The notes: generated by a model not told the origin, from the letters alone. Shown: positions 29,147 through 39,216, counted from the stretch's first letter. The stretch is DNA of 64,000 nucleotides from an uncultured archaeon (GCA_963810275.1 CAWENF010000014.1:113578-177577), one strand, 5' to 3'. A program made the numbers and translations.

Positions 29147-29935
29147 TTGGTAGTTAGGCAACTCAAAAACCTCCTCTCTTTTCTAACCGTTTTCCCAGTT
29201 CAAATGGACATGAATATGTTCACGGATTGCGCCAGAAACATGTGGGCTTTCCCGCTCATCGGTGGGTTTATGGGCTTAATTGTGGGCGTAATCAGCTTAT
29301 TCGCGTTAGCTGTTTTGCCCAGCATTGTCGTTGGAGCAATTGCATTTGGGCTGATTTTGTGGTTAACGGGCTTGCACCACACCGACGGCTTGCTGGATTT
29401 CGGCGACGCAGTCATGGTTCACGGAACATTCCAGCGCAGAATCGAAGTTATGCATGACCAACTTACAGGTTCAGGAGCAATCGGATTAGCCATAGTGACG
29501 TATTTGGTTACGGCAGCTGCGTTTACCAGTTTAGCATTGGGATCAGCCCAATTCTTTGGAATCATTTTGATACCAGCAATTGTGTTCGGCTTAATCCTGA
29601 TTGAGCTCTGTGGCAAGCTGTCGATGGTTGTTATGGCTTTTAGAGGCAAAGCAGTACATGAAGGAATGAACACCTCTTTCCTTATGCATATGCATGGGAG
29701 AGGCGGCGACCTGCGGTTGGCGGCTGCTTTGGGAATCTCGCTGGCGTTAGCGTTTGTGCTTTTCCAGTTCGATGGTCTCTTAGTAGTTTTGGTAGCTGTC
29801 GTCACATCCCTAGTCATGGTTGAGGTGGCACATAGAAAATTCGGCGGCGTCACAGGGGACGTCTTTGGAGCAACAAACGAAATCACACGTATGATATGCG
29901 CAGTGACATTAGTAGCGGTGATTACATGGGTATAG
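29147..29935 (+). CDS. cobS: cobalamin synthase CobS, copy 1 (canonical motifs)
   Basis: 'LTGLHHTDGLLDFGD', 'MHD..TGSG', 'FGGVTGDVFGATNE'. Confidence 0.92.
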   Translation: MVVRQLKNLLSFLTVFPVQMDMNMFTDCARNMWAFPLIGGFMGLIVGVISLFALAVLPSIVVGAIAFGLILWLTGLHHTDGLLDFGDAVMVHGTFQRRIEVMHDQLTGSGAIGLAIVTYLVTAAAFTSLALGSAQFFGIILIPAIVFGLILIELCGKLSMVVMAFRGKAVHEGMNTSFLMHMHGRGGDLRLAAALGISLALAFVLFQFDGLLVVLVAVVTSLVMVEVAHRKFGGVTGDVFGATNEITRMICAVTLVAVITWV

Positions 29936-30546
29936 CGGCGTTAGTTATGGCTGGCGGGAAGGGCACCCGCATGAAACTAAACATGGAAAAGCCTCTGATT
30001 GAAGTCGGCGGCAAACCAGTTATAGAGTACGTTTTGACAGCGCTAAAAAGAGCTCGAAAAATTGACCGGGTCATAGTCGCTACTTCGCCTGCGACGCCAA
30101 AAACCACGGCTTTAATGACGCAGCTTGGAGTCGAAGTAATAAGAACCCCAGGTAAAGATTACGTGTCGGACATGGGCTATACTGTGCAAACGCTTAAGTT
30201 AGGTGTGTTTTTAGCTATCGCAGCCGATTTGCCCCTGATTAAACCCGAAATGATAGACGCAATCGTTACCCGCTACGAGGAGTGCGGGAAGCCAGCGTTG
30301 ACGGTCGCGGTTCCGCTTTCGGTTAAAGATCGGCTGGGCATGTGCATCGACTACTCATTTAAGGAAGGCGAACAAGACTTGGTTCCGGTTGGCATAAACG
30401 TGATTGACGGCAGCAAACGTTATGGCGACGAATGGCTGGACCAAGACATTTTTGTACTTGACTGCGAAGAGTTGGCTGTTAACATTAACACCGTGGCAGA
30501 GTTGAAGTTGGCTGAAGAGACGTTGGCGGCGCTGCTAAAAAGGTAA
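29926..30546 (+). CDS. cobY: adenosylcobinamide-phosphate guanylyltransferase CobY, copy 1
   Basis: 'MAGGKGTRM...EKPL', 'TPGKDYVSD', 'ADLP', 'NINT'; follows cobS. Confidence 0.88.
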   Translation: MGIAALVMAGGKGTRMKLNMEKPLIEVGGKPVIEYVLTALKRARKIDRVIVATSPATPKTTALMTQLGVEVIRTPGKDYVSDMGYTVQTLKLGVFLAIAADLPLIKPEMIDAIVTRYEECGKPALTVAVPLSVKDRLGMCIDYSFKEGEQDLVPVGINVIDGSKRYGDEWLDQDIFVLDCEELAVNINTVAELKLAEETLAALLKR

Positions 30547-31023
30547 GGTTGCTACGTTATTTTTTTCTAAGTTCATTTTGAAAGTTTTTTACAAGGGTAT
30601 TGCAAATCTTATGGTGTCACACAACCACAACTGAGCTGCGTTGCTTTTTGCCCACATTCACCTTCAACTGGATAGTTAGTAAGACGTTTTTGTTCCACAT
30701 GATCCACGTCTCGTAGAGTACGGCAAAAGTTGTTTTTGTTGGCTTTAAGAACTTTAATCAACAGGGACACCCCGCAGTTCTGGGTATGTCTACAGTGTTT
30801 TTTCTTGGCGCTCCTCCACGAGCGTGTTTTTGGCGAAGCAAAGCCCTTCATATTCGGGGTACTTATTCCAGCTAACTATCGTATTGCTCCTAAGACAACC
30901 ATGGGTTAATCAGCAGCAGAAATGTCTATTGATTTGGAATTTTAGAGATTTAAAGTGTTATGTTAGCCTTCAAACTACCTTTTTCTAAGAAAAGGGTATT
31001 TAATGCCAAATTCCAGAAAATAC

Positions 31024-31896
31024 TCAACCCATACGTCTGCTTGCTGCAACTTGACCTAAAATTTCCTTCATCTTTAGCGCATCCACATCAAGCATCGACG
31101 TTTCGCAAATTACTGTCGGATGCATCCCAAAATCCAAAATAACCTCAGCTAAATGGTTAAATTCTGGCCCAAACGCAGCCTCGTCAATCGGGAGGTGACG
31201 TCTCTCGCCTACAGCACCGAACTCGATTTTGGAGAAATGGCAGTGCATACCTCGAAGCACCGCATTGCCAAGCTCCCTCTCAATTTTCTCGGCTACTTTG
31301 CGCATGTCTTCTGGAGTTTTAAAGGTACCCTGATGAAGCGCATGCAGATGCCCCCAATCTAAGACAAGCTGGGTGTTTTCGATTTCACGGTTTAATGTGA
31401 TGATTTCGTCTATGCTGCCCACTTGGCTTTTCCTACCCATGGTTTCGGGTCCCAACTTTACCCTCAGCCCCCGTGCCTTCATCTCGCCGCTGACTTCCTT
31501 TAGTGCATCTATACAGGTTTTCAAAGCGTAATCCTTCTCGAATTTGCCGTAGAAGCCTGTATGGAAAACCATAACGTAGGCATCCATCCAGTCAGCGGCT
31601 GTGGCGCATGCGAGAAGTCTCTGCTTGCTGGCTTCAACAATTTCGCGTTTACCTGAGAGGTTGATGAAGTAGCTGCCATGTATGCTTAACCGCACGTCGT
31701 TTTGTTTTGCTTCGTCTCCGAGGCGTCGGGCGTCAGCTTCTTTTATTTGCGGCGTCCCGCCCCAACGCACAGCAGGATACTCAAAAGCGTCTAAACCCTC
31801 TTCGTGTAGAAGCCTTGGCGTGTCAACTGTGCGGCCGCCCATCAAACGGAACATTGGCGGGGTACCTGCGGGACCAAAACGCGTACGTTCAGACAT
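31024..31896 (-). CDS. nfo: archaeal endonuclease IV (AP endonuclease family 2)
   Basis: 'FGPAG', 'SIHGSYFINL', 'FHTG', 'ETMGR', 'DWGH', 'HCHFS', 'GERRH'. Confidence 0.88.
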   Translation of the reverse strand: MSERTRFGPAGTPPMFRLMGGRTVDTPRLLHEEGLDAFEYPAVRWGGTPQIKEADARRLGDEAKQNDVRLSIHGSYFINLSGKREIVEASKQRLLACATAADWMDAYVMVFHTGFYGKFEKDYALKTCIDALKEVSGEMKARGLRVKLGPETMGRKSQVGSIDEIITLNREIENTQLVLDWGHLHALHQGTFKTPEDMRKVAEKIERELGNAVLRGMHCHFSKIEFGAVGERRHLPIDEAAFGPEFNHLAEVILDFGMHPTVICETSMLDVDALKMKEILGQVAASRRMG

Positions 31897-31944
31897 GAAG
31901 TTGCCTCTTTGGCTATTGATTGTTAATTGTGTTTTAAAAATGTG

Positions 31945-32727
31945 TTAGAATAAACTGACAATTGTGGGGATGGACACTAAGATATAGATGTAAACTGCCA
32001 CAACTATAATCAAAGCAGTAATTGCCAGCAACACCACGTCACCTCTATGCAACTTAAGCGCGTAGAGGTTAGTGCGACGTTTGCATGCACCCCAAGCACG
32101 GGACTCCATCGCCTCAGCCAACTCCAAGCTCCTGCGAATAGCACTCACGATTAGAGGGATGAGAACGGGGATGTAGTTTCGGATGCGTTTTAGGATGTTG
32201 CCTTTTTCTAATTCTAAGCCTCTTGCTTTCTGTGCATCCATGATGGTCTGTGCCTCTTCTGCCAAGACGGGCACAAACCTCACTGCCGTCGTAAACGCAA
32301 ACGCGAATTCAAAGGGCACCCGCGACTCCTCTAGTGCCAGGCCTAGATGGTCAGGGGAAGTGGTTAAGAAGAACACAGAGAAGGATTCGACTAACACAAT
32401 GAACCGCATGGTCATAGCGGCTGCTTCCTCCACTTTGAATATGGGTATGGTGTAATTGGTGGTGAAGTAGGTAGTTATGATGTTAATGGCGAAAATGAAC
32501 AGCGCTAGAAAAGCAGCGCCCCTAAGGGAACGTAGCCACTGACGCTTCACCCTTGCCAAGAACACAAACGGCAACTGCATCACAAACAGCGCCACCAAAG
32601 GGATTAGTTGGGAAAAAAGGATGGCGGCTATGAATATGGCGATGACGTAGATGAATTTCACGCGTGGGTCAAGGTTGTGGATAGGCGAGTTGACTTTGCG
32701 GAATTTTAACCCATCGAAAACACTCAT
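31945..32727 (-). CDS. ecfT: ECF transporter transmembrane component T
   Basis: 'LDPRVK', 'RFVPVL', 'AQKARG', 'AMESR'. Confidence 0.92.
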   Translation of the reverse strand: MSVFDGLKFRKVNSPIHNLDPRVKFIYVIAIFIAAILFSQLIPLVALFVMQLPFVFLARVKRQWLRSLRGAAFLALFIFAINIITTYFTTNYTIPIFKVEEAAAMTMRFIVLVESFSVFFLTTSPDHLGLALEESRVPFEFAFAFTTAVRFVPVLAEEAQTIMDAQKARGLELEKGNILKRIRNYIPVLIPLIVSAIRRSLELAEAMESRAWGACKRRTNLYALKLHRGDVVLLAITALIIVVAVYIYILVSIPTIVSLF

Positions 32728-33548
32728 CGCCGTGCCTCCTGTGCCTTTTTGAGCAACAAAGCTTTAGCTTCGTAGATGTCGATCACGTCTTTAGGTAGCC
32801 CCAAGCCTTCCAATTTTATGAAAACTTGAGCGATTTGCGGCAACACAATACTAGACAACTCTAGCATGGAAGGGTCGGTTAAGATTTCTTTGCCCACACC
32901 ATCCGCGACTATTTTGCCCTCCTTCATGAGCACTACTCGGGGGTTGCATTCCGCCACAAACTCTACGTCATGGGTGACAGCGACCACTGTTTTCTTCTGC
33001 GACTGCAACTGAATGATGAACTGGCGAAGGTTTTCTTTCTGCTCATGATCCTGCCCGATGGTGGGTTCATCCAAAATCAACGTTTGCGGATCCCAAGCTA
33101 AAACAGAAGCCAATGCAACCCGTTTGCGTTCCCCACCGCTGAGCAGAAAGGGAGATGTTTTTCGATACTGACTTAGCGAGAGCAAATTCAGTGCCCAAGT
33201 GACGCGTTCCTTGACGACTTCAGGCTTGAAACCAAAGTTTTTGAGAGCAAAACCAATTTCGTCCTCCACGGTTTCGCTGAACAACTGGTTGTCGGGATTT
33301 TGAAACACAAAGCCCACATTGCGTGCCAATTTGGCAACACTGGACTTGGTGGTTTCTACCCCATCGATTTTGACAGAGCCAGAGCTGGGTTTTAGTAGCC
33401 CATTAAAGTGCTTCACAAACGTGGATTTGCCTGCGCCGTTCTGCCCCATGATAGCGACGAATTCACCGTCTTTTACCGTGAGAGATACGCCTTTTAGAGC
33501 TTCAACTTTGTTGGCGTAGCTGAAACGCACGTTCTGGGCTTCAATCAT
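32724..33548 (-). CDS. ecfA2: ECF transporter ATPase (second)
   Basis: 'GQNGAGKS', 'FQNPDNQ', 'LSGGE', 'LDEPT'. Confidence 0.9.
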   Translation of the reverse strand: MIEAQNVRFSYANKVEALKGVSLTVKDGEFVAIMGQNGAGKSTFVKHFNGLLKPSSGSVKIDGVETTKSSVAKLARNVGFVFQNPDNQLFSETVEDEIGFALKNFGFKPEVVKERVTWALNLLSLSQYRKTSPFLLSGGERKRVALASVLAWDPQTLILDEPTIGQDHEQKENLRQFIIQLQSQKKTVVAVTHDVEFVAECNPRVVLMKEGKIVADGVGKEILTDPSMLELSSIVLPQIAQVFIKLEGLGLPKDVIDIYEAKALLLKKAQEARR

Positions 33549-34390
33549 TTTAGTGCCTCCAGCAGTTGCTCTGCCAGCTCCTCGGAGGAAAGTGGGGTTT
33601 TGTCACCCAGTGGGAAGCCTTCTTTTTTGAGTTGCTGATAGAGCAACGTCGCCTTGGGGATGCCGACTCCGATGAGGCGGGTTTCCTCGTTACTCAAAAT
33701 ATCTCGTGGGTTGCCGTCTAAACGCACTATACCTCTGTCCATGACAACGAGGTGATCTGCGTACTTTGCAGTCAAGTCCAGCCGGTGCTCAACTAAGACA
33801 ACGGTAATGCCTTGCTCTTTGTTTAATCGGTAGATTACCTCAAAAATCTTCTCTGCACTGAGGGGATCAAGAAAAGACGTCGGTTCATCAAGGACAATGA
33901 TTTCCGGCTCCATCGCCAAAACCGATGCAATTGCCACCCGTTGCTGCTGGCCACCACTAATCTCGTGGGGGCTGCGTTCGCGAATGTCGTAGATGCCAGT
34001 TTGGTTTAGCGCCCAATCCACTTTCTGGCGCATCTCCGAACGTGGGACAGACACGTTTTCTAAACCAAACGCCACGTCCTTCTCGATTGAGAGCGCAAAA
34101 AGCTGGTTTTCGGGGTTCTGAAATACCATCCCCACATACTTTGCCATATCACAGGTGTGACTTTCCAATGCGTTGACGCCTGCGACGGTGACTTCGCCTG
34201 TAACTTCACCCTGATAAAAGTGGGGGACTAAACCGTTAAAGCATCTGCACAATGTGGTTTTGCCACAGCCACTTGGACCCGTAATCAAAACAAACTCGCC
34301 CTTCTCCACCGTCAAAGACACGTCTTTGATTGACGGTCTCTCTCCTCCCGGATAGGTGTATGTGAGGTTTTTGATTTCGATTACAGCCAA
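33545..34390 (-). CDS. ecfA1: ECF transporter ATPase (first)
   Basis: 'GPSGCGKT', 'FQNPENQ', 'ISGGQQQR', 'LDEPT'. Confidence 0.9.
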   Translation of the reverse strand: MAVIEIKNLTYTYPGGERPSIKDVSLTVEKGEFVLITGPSGCGKTTLCRCFNGLVPHFYQGEVTGEVTVAGVNALESHTCDMAKYVGMVFQNPENQLFALSIEKDVAFGLENVSVPRSEMRQKVDWALNQTGIYDIRERSPHEISGGQQQRVAIASVLAMEPEIIVLDEPTSFLDPLSAEKIFEVIYRLNKEQGITVVLVEHRLDLTAKYADHLVVMDRGIVRLDGNPRDILSNEETRLIGVGIPKATLLYQQLKKEGFPLGDKTPLSSEELAEQLLEALK

Positions 34391-34556
34391 TACTGTTTGC
34401 TCACCTTAAGCGTAAAGATTAGCTCATTTAAGCGTAACTACTCAGATTTGGGTTTTTTTCAGTTAAAACCTGCCTTGGCTAATTAAGAATTTCCGTTAAA
34501 CAATTTAAACAAAACATAACAGTACAAACAGGATCGATCAGCGCTTTCGAAGCGGG

Positions 34557-35546
34557 CTATTCGGTTTTAATTATTTTTGCCTTTAAAAGCTTGAGGCATT
34601 GTTTGAGGGCATCTTGGATTTCGCCTTTACCGCTCACACCCGACGCCATAGCGTGTCCGCCACCAACGCCTTGAAGATACTCACCCAACGGCGCAGCAAT
34701 ATCAGTGCCAAGGTGAACTCCGGTGCCTTCGTTAAATTGGCGCACGCTTCGCAGGCTGATTTCGACTTTGTCCTCTTTCTTGCCAGCTACAGCCGACATA
34801 TGCGCTCCCAAATCAACAAGCGCCTTCGCTGCAGGAGCCTGATACGCGCTGACATGGGATAAGGCGATTATCCAACCTTCTATTTTGAGGACTTTCGCTC
34901 GTTTGCATGCTTTGAGCTTTGCCATCCGCTCGGAAGGGTCAATGGGTAGGGCATACTGAGCCAGCGTCTGCTGAACGTCGAAGCCTGCCGCAACCAGATT
35001 CGCTAGTATTCCAAAGGTCGGAGAGTTCGCCAGCGCAAAATGTCGTGTATCAAAAGCTATGCCGACAAACAGCGCTTTGGCTTCGTTTAGGTTGGGGTCA
35101 ATTTGAGCTTCCTCGTAGAGGCGGTAGACGAGTTCACAGTTTGCTGCTGCTTTGTCGTCAATTAAACAGAGTTTGCAGAGCTTCATGGTTTCTTGGCTGG
35201 GGGCATGGTGGTCAATTACGATTTTTGGAGCAGACGACTTTTTTACTGCGTCGGCTGCTTGGTCAAGCTGCTCGACGGTGTTCATGTCCAAAAGGACGAA
35301 GGCCTCCGCGGATTCAATGTTGGGTTTCTGGTTAACCGTTATAGGCATGTTTTCCAGAAGCGTTTTGGAGGGTTTGTTTATGCCTGCCGGGCAGCCGATT
35401 TCCACCACCACATCAGGCAGAAAACGCTTAAGTAAGCCCTGCAAGGCGTAGGCGCTGCATATGGCGTCTGCGTCTGCGCTGCGGTGGCAAAGTAGCAACA
35501 CAAAAGACTTCTTTTTTAGCAGTTTGATTAGTTGTTTGAAGCTCAT
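34557..35546 (-). CDS. DHH family phosphoesterase
   Basis: 'HRSADAD', 'IDHH', 'GIAFDT', 'GGGH'. Confidence 0.9.
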   Translation of the reverse strand: MSFKQLIKLLKKKSFVLLLCHRSADADAICSAYALQGLLKRFLPDVVVEIGCPAGINKPSKTLLENMPITVNQKPNIESAEAFVLLDMNTVEQLDQAADAVKKSSAPKIVIDHHAPSQETMKLCKLCLIDDKAAANCELVYRLYEEAQIDPNLNEAKALFVGIAFDTRHFALANSPTFGILANLVAAGFDVQQTLAQYALPIDPSERMAKLKACKRAKVLKIEGWIIALSHVSAYQAPAAKALVDLGAHMSAVAGKKEDKVEISLRSVRQFNEGTGVHLGTDIAAPLGEYLQGVGGGHAMASGVSGKGEIQDALKQCLKLLKAKIIKTE

Positions 35547-35833
35547 TTTATCTTTCTCAGAAACATTTCAGTTGTTTTGTGCGCTTCGGCTATGGCTTCC
35601 TTGACAAGTTCCTCTGCGCCTGCACCTTTTAAGTCCTTACTCAGAAGCAGATTAATTTCGACGGTAACGTTAACGGGTTTATTACCTTCAACCTCAACCG
35701 CTATTTCTAACCGGTCAACGTCTTTGCTTGACACTTTGCCAAGAATGTACTTTCGGGCTGCATCCTCAGTTGTTTGACATAAAAGTTCAATCTGCTCGGT
35801 GGATAGCTCTGGAAAGCCGAGCGTATCCATCAA
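35543..35833 (-). CDS. DUF3194 family protein
   Basis: 'GFPELSTEQIE.L...E.AARKYI'; usual position between pfdB and the DHH gene. Confidence 0.75.
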   Translation of the reverse strand: MMDTLGFPELSTEQIELLCQTTEDAARKYILGKVSSKDVDRLEIAVEVEGNKPVNVTVEINLLLSKDLKGAGAEELVKEAIAEAHKTTEMFLRKIK

Positions 35834-35850
35834 GCATCAACTCTCCTCGT

Positions 35851-36225
35851 TTAGGAAAGGGATTGACCTGAGACTGGGCTTAGGTCTTCTTGGAGTTTAG
35901 TTTGTGCTTCTTTGACTTGTGCTTTTATGCGTTCTTCCTGACGGGCGATGACTGTGCTGCGTGTTTCAAGTAGGCTTTTGCGTTCGTTGAGGTCTTCGGA
36001 GACTTTGGCTTTCTCTGATTTAACAAGTAGAGAACCGATTGCTTTGTAGATAGTTGCGTCATCTGCTGTTTTTGTTAGTTCAGCTAGGGTTTGGTCGACT
36101 TCGTTTTTCTCCATGTCCACTTGCTGCTTCTGTGCCATGATGGATTGGAGTGTCTGCTGGAGTTGTTGGAGTCTTAGGAGGCGTTCTTGTACGTTAGGAG
36201 GTAACTTAGATAATTCGTCACTCAA
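35851..36225 (-). CDS. pfdB: prefoldin beta subunit
   Basis: 'LPPNVQ..L..LQQLQQ.LQ', 'IYKAIGSLLVK' hairpin between coiled coils. Confidence 0.93.
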   Translation of the reverse strand: MSDELSKLPPNVQERLLRLQQLQQTLQSIMAQKQQVDMEKNEVDQTLAELTKTADDATIYKAIGSLLVKSEKAKVSEDLNERKSLLETRSTVIARQEERIKAQVKEAQTKLQEDLSPVSGQSLS

Positions 36226-36606
36226 TGTTTATTCCTTCCAGCACACAAAAAAGGGGAGCTATTAATTAAGCATTTCCAACTTTCAAGCTTAAACTTGGAT
36301 GCCGTGGCGAATTCTATTTTACTTTCTGATTTGAGTTTTCGATATTCGTCTTCAGTCCACTAACAACAATCACTATGTAAAAGACAAGCGCCAACCCTAA
36401 ATGCAAAAAACTCTATGCAGGGGCTTCAAAACATGGTGACCACCACGCCTGAATGATAAACCGCTGAAACTTGCAGCACTCGCTGTGTACAAAGCACTTT
36501 CCCGTCCCTAATTCAGGGTAAAAACTCTATGGCGACTCAACTGAACAGCAAAATGCAACGAAATAAGCAGAAAGCAAAAAAGATTCAAAAAAAATGTGAG
36601 CTTTTG

Positions 36607-36836
36607 TCAAAGAAGCTCTTTTTTGAGGATAGCGCCGTTTAGAAAAGCTATCAAGGGCACGCTGATGGCGGGGTATAGCGTTCCCGAAATTGCTGTGTAA
36701 TGTATGGCTCTAAGCGTATCTACAAGGTAGGCGAAACTAAAACCAGCGATTATAGTCGGGCATACATTAAAACGATAGTTAGTACGAGAATCGCGACTAA
36801 AAGCCAGAGCTACCCTCTGTTATTTCTTGAACCCAA
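36607..36836 (-). pseudogene. possible degraded small membrane protein
   Basis: MGSRNNRG*LWLLVAILVLTIVLMYA then frameshift to PTIIAGFSFAYLVDTLR...AFLNGAILKKELL*. Confidence 0.3.
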
Positions 36837-36915
36837 CGTATCATCATTTTATTTCAAAGCTAAATACAGATTTGATATCTAATGGCAATCAAGAGCTTAT
36901 AAAGGCGCCTATTTT

Positions 36916-38193
36916 TTAAATGTCATTTTGGTTCCACCAGTAAACTTTTGGATAACTGGCATTCGCCACTGGATACGCGGGGTCTTCATAGATTATGTCT
37001 AAAGTCGTGCCATATCGTTCGAGAAGATTATATGTGGCTAACGCTACCTGGGTGGTACGGTTATCAGTCAACCAGAAACCCCAAATAGTATCTGTTGGGT
37101 TACGCATGCCCCACCCGAAGTTCATAGGTAAAACTAGAGCCGCCTTCGTTGAATCTTGGCGTTGCAGTTGCCCGGACCTGACTTCCTCCCAGAACTTATG
37201 TATTGCATCGAAGTGGGCTTGGCTTAAAACGGCAAAGGGGGTTTCGCCTTCGTATGGGTAATTGAAGATAGCAATGTATTTTGCACCCGCCTCATAAGAG
37301 GTGACCATTTGGCTGTAGATGCTATCGGCTGAGTCAATGTAGGGCTGCTGATTATAACGCCACGTAATCATGGCGCCCCACGTCTTGTTCTGCATGTTAG
37401 AAGCGCCTTTAACGAGGTCTATTTGCTCCGGTACACTGCAGTTCCAACCCAACTCAGCAAAGAGAGTATCGTAGCCGCCCTGATAGTCCCACCAGAACAA
37501 CCCATAATCCGATGTAAAAGTCGGGATACCTGCCTGCTTAAGTTTTTGGAGCCCCTCATCATCAATTAGGATGCGGTTGACGTAGAAGTCGCGTTCTTTC
37601 TGGTAATCTACGGATTTAGTGCCGTTTTCGAGGTATCCCAGCATTTCTTGGCGGATTTTATCCAGATCCTGTAAGGCGGGGTGGTCTATGTCGCCTAAGC
37701 TGTCCCCTGCCCGCTCAAAGAACTTTCGCCACGATCCATCAAGCTGGATGCCTCCCGGTTCATCGTTGTAATACATACCCAAAAATTTGCTTCCCCACCG
37801 TTGAGTCCACTCTGCCTTGACGCCGTAAAGGGTAGACTGATCCCAGAACCATGAGTTGGAGGTTTTGGCTCCTGCGACACCTACATTGACGATTATATTC
37901 AAGCCATTTTGGACGGCATAGTCACAGACTTCCGTCAGTTTCTGGGGATCGGCACTTATAGGGTTTCTTCCCACAGCTAACACGAACAGATTAGTGTAGT
38001 CTTTAACTTCGTCAATTAAGACTTTGGCCTGCTGGGTAGTGTTTCCCGCAAAGGCTACGCCAACATACACATCTGCGTCAGCTTCGGAGGACTCGTTTGA
38101 AGGCGTCTGAGTCAATGTGAAGACAGAGATAAATAGAAACACCACAAGCACTACTGCGACCAGAAACATGCGGACTCTAATCTTATTACTCAT
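36916..38193 (-). CDS. membrane-anchored/exported hypothetical protein, possible TIM-barrel glycoside-hydrolase-like fold
   Basis: N-terminal TM; 'FLGMYYNDEPGG', 'FTSDYGLFWWDY', 'AELGWN', 'FGWGMR'. Confidence 0.7.
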   Translation of the reverse strand: MSNKIRVRMFLVAVVLVVFLFISVFTLTQTPSNESSEADADVYVGVAFAGNTTQQAKVLIDEVKDYTNLFVLAVGRNPISADPQKLTEVCDYAVQNGLNIIVNVGVAGAKTSNSWFWDQSTLYGVKAEWTQRWGSKFLGMYYNDEPGGIQLDGSWRKFFERAGDSLGDIDHPALQDLDKIRQEMLGYLENGTKSVDYQKERDFYVNRILIDDEGLQKLKQAGIPTFTSDYGLFWWDYQGGYDTLFAELGWNCSVPEQIDLVKGASNMQNKTWGAMITWRYNQQPYIDSADSIYSQMVTSYEAGAKYIAIFNYPYEGETPFAVLSQAHFDAIHKFWEEVRSGQLQRQDSTKAALVLPMNFGWGMRNPTDTIWGFWLTDNRTTQVALATYNLLERYGTTLDIIYEDPAYPVANASYPKVYWWNQNDI

Positions 38194-38329
38194 ATTTCAG
38201 CCCAAAAAAGACAACTAAAAATAGCCACATAAAGTTTTGTCAAAAGCCGCCCAAACCACCAAACTCAAATAAGAGCATGTGCAAGCGTTTTTAAGTTTTC
38301 CCGCCTACCAAACATTGAGAGGAAGGAAT

Positions 38330-38713
38330 TTGGATATTAAAGATTTTAACCGCGCCAACGTCATCAAAGAAGAAATTGACCACCAAGAAACAAGGTTTCT
38401 CGCACTGTATGTGGAAGCAAAAAACAGCATCATGGTTATGCTAAGCGAAAAAGAAGATAAACTCGGTACACTAGCGATTGCTGTTCCTAAACCTCAAGTT
38501 GGCGCCGTCACCTCTTCAGTTATGCTCGGCGACAAACATGTGATATCCGCACGGATGTTCGCTGAGTATGTGGCAGGCAAGAAAGGCAAAATCGCTGTCG
38601 TCTCAGTCTATTTAGAGCAGATGACAGAGATTCAGGCGCAGGAATTCTTCATGCACTTAATCGACAAGGTCATGAAAACTGAGTACGGCAAAAAAGAGCC
38701 AGAAGCCATCTAA
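38330..38713 (+). CDS. proteasome assembly chaperone 4 (PAC4/PSMG4)-like protein
   Basis: 'KLGTLAIAVP', 'SSVMLGD', 'AEYVAGKKGKIAVVSVYL' parallel the PAC4 pattern; likely TTG start at 38330. Confidence 0.65.
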   Translation: MDIKDFNRANVIKEEIDHQETRFLALYVEAKNSIMVMLSEKEDKLGTLAIAVPKPQVGAVTSSVMLGDKHVISARMFAEYVAGKKGKIAVVSVYLEQMTEIQAQEFFMHLIDKVMKTEYGKKEPEAI

Positions 38714-38724
38714 CAGCGAACTAC

Positions 38725-39216
38725 ATGATTCACAAACTCGTCGAAACTGACTTCGAAACCATTTTCCATATTATTAACGACGCAGCAATGCTGTACACGG
38801 GCAAAATCCCAACGGATTGCAACAAAACCCCCTACATGCCAAAAGAAGAGTTAACAGAGGAAATCAAGGCAGGCGTAAAGTTCTATGGCTACATAGAAGA
38901 CGGGACAATAGTCGCTGTTATGGGCATCCAGTCAATGTCAGATGTCACACTTATCCGCCACGCCTACACTTTAACAAGCCACCAACGCAGGGGAATAGGC
39001 AAAAAACTTATCAAATACCTGATGTCTCTTGCAGAGACAGACTTGATTTTAGTAGGCACATGGGAAGATGCGGACTGGGCAATCCACTTCTACCAAAAAA
39101 ACGGTTTTAAACTTCTGTCAAGGGAAGAAACAAATAAGCTTCTCAGTACATACTGGAATATTCCACAGCGACAAATAGAAACCTCCGTTGTGCTAAAACA
39201 AAGGCGTCAGAAATGA
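38725..39216 (+). CDS. GNAT N-acetyltransferase
   Basis: 'HQRRGIGKKL', 'AIHFYQKNGF'. Confidence 0.88.
   Translation: MIHKLVETDFETIFHIINDAAMLYTGKIPTDCNKTPYMPKEELTEEIKAGVKFYGYIEDGTIVAVMGIQSMSDVTLIRHAYTLTSHQRRGIGKKLIKYLMSLAETDLILVGTWEDADWAIHFYQKNGFKLLSREETNKLLSTYWNIPQRQIETSVVLKQRRQK

Noticed and set aside
30609-30960. Short Cys-containing ORF between cobY and nfo
   Set aside because: No coherent motif or convincing start; probably non-coding or a remnant
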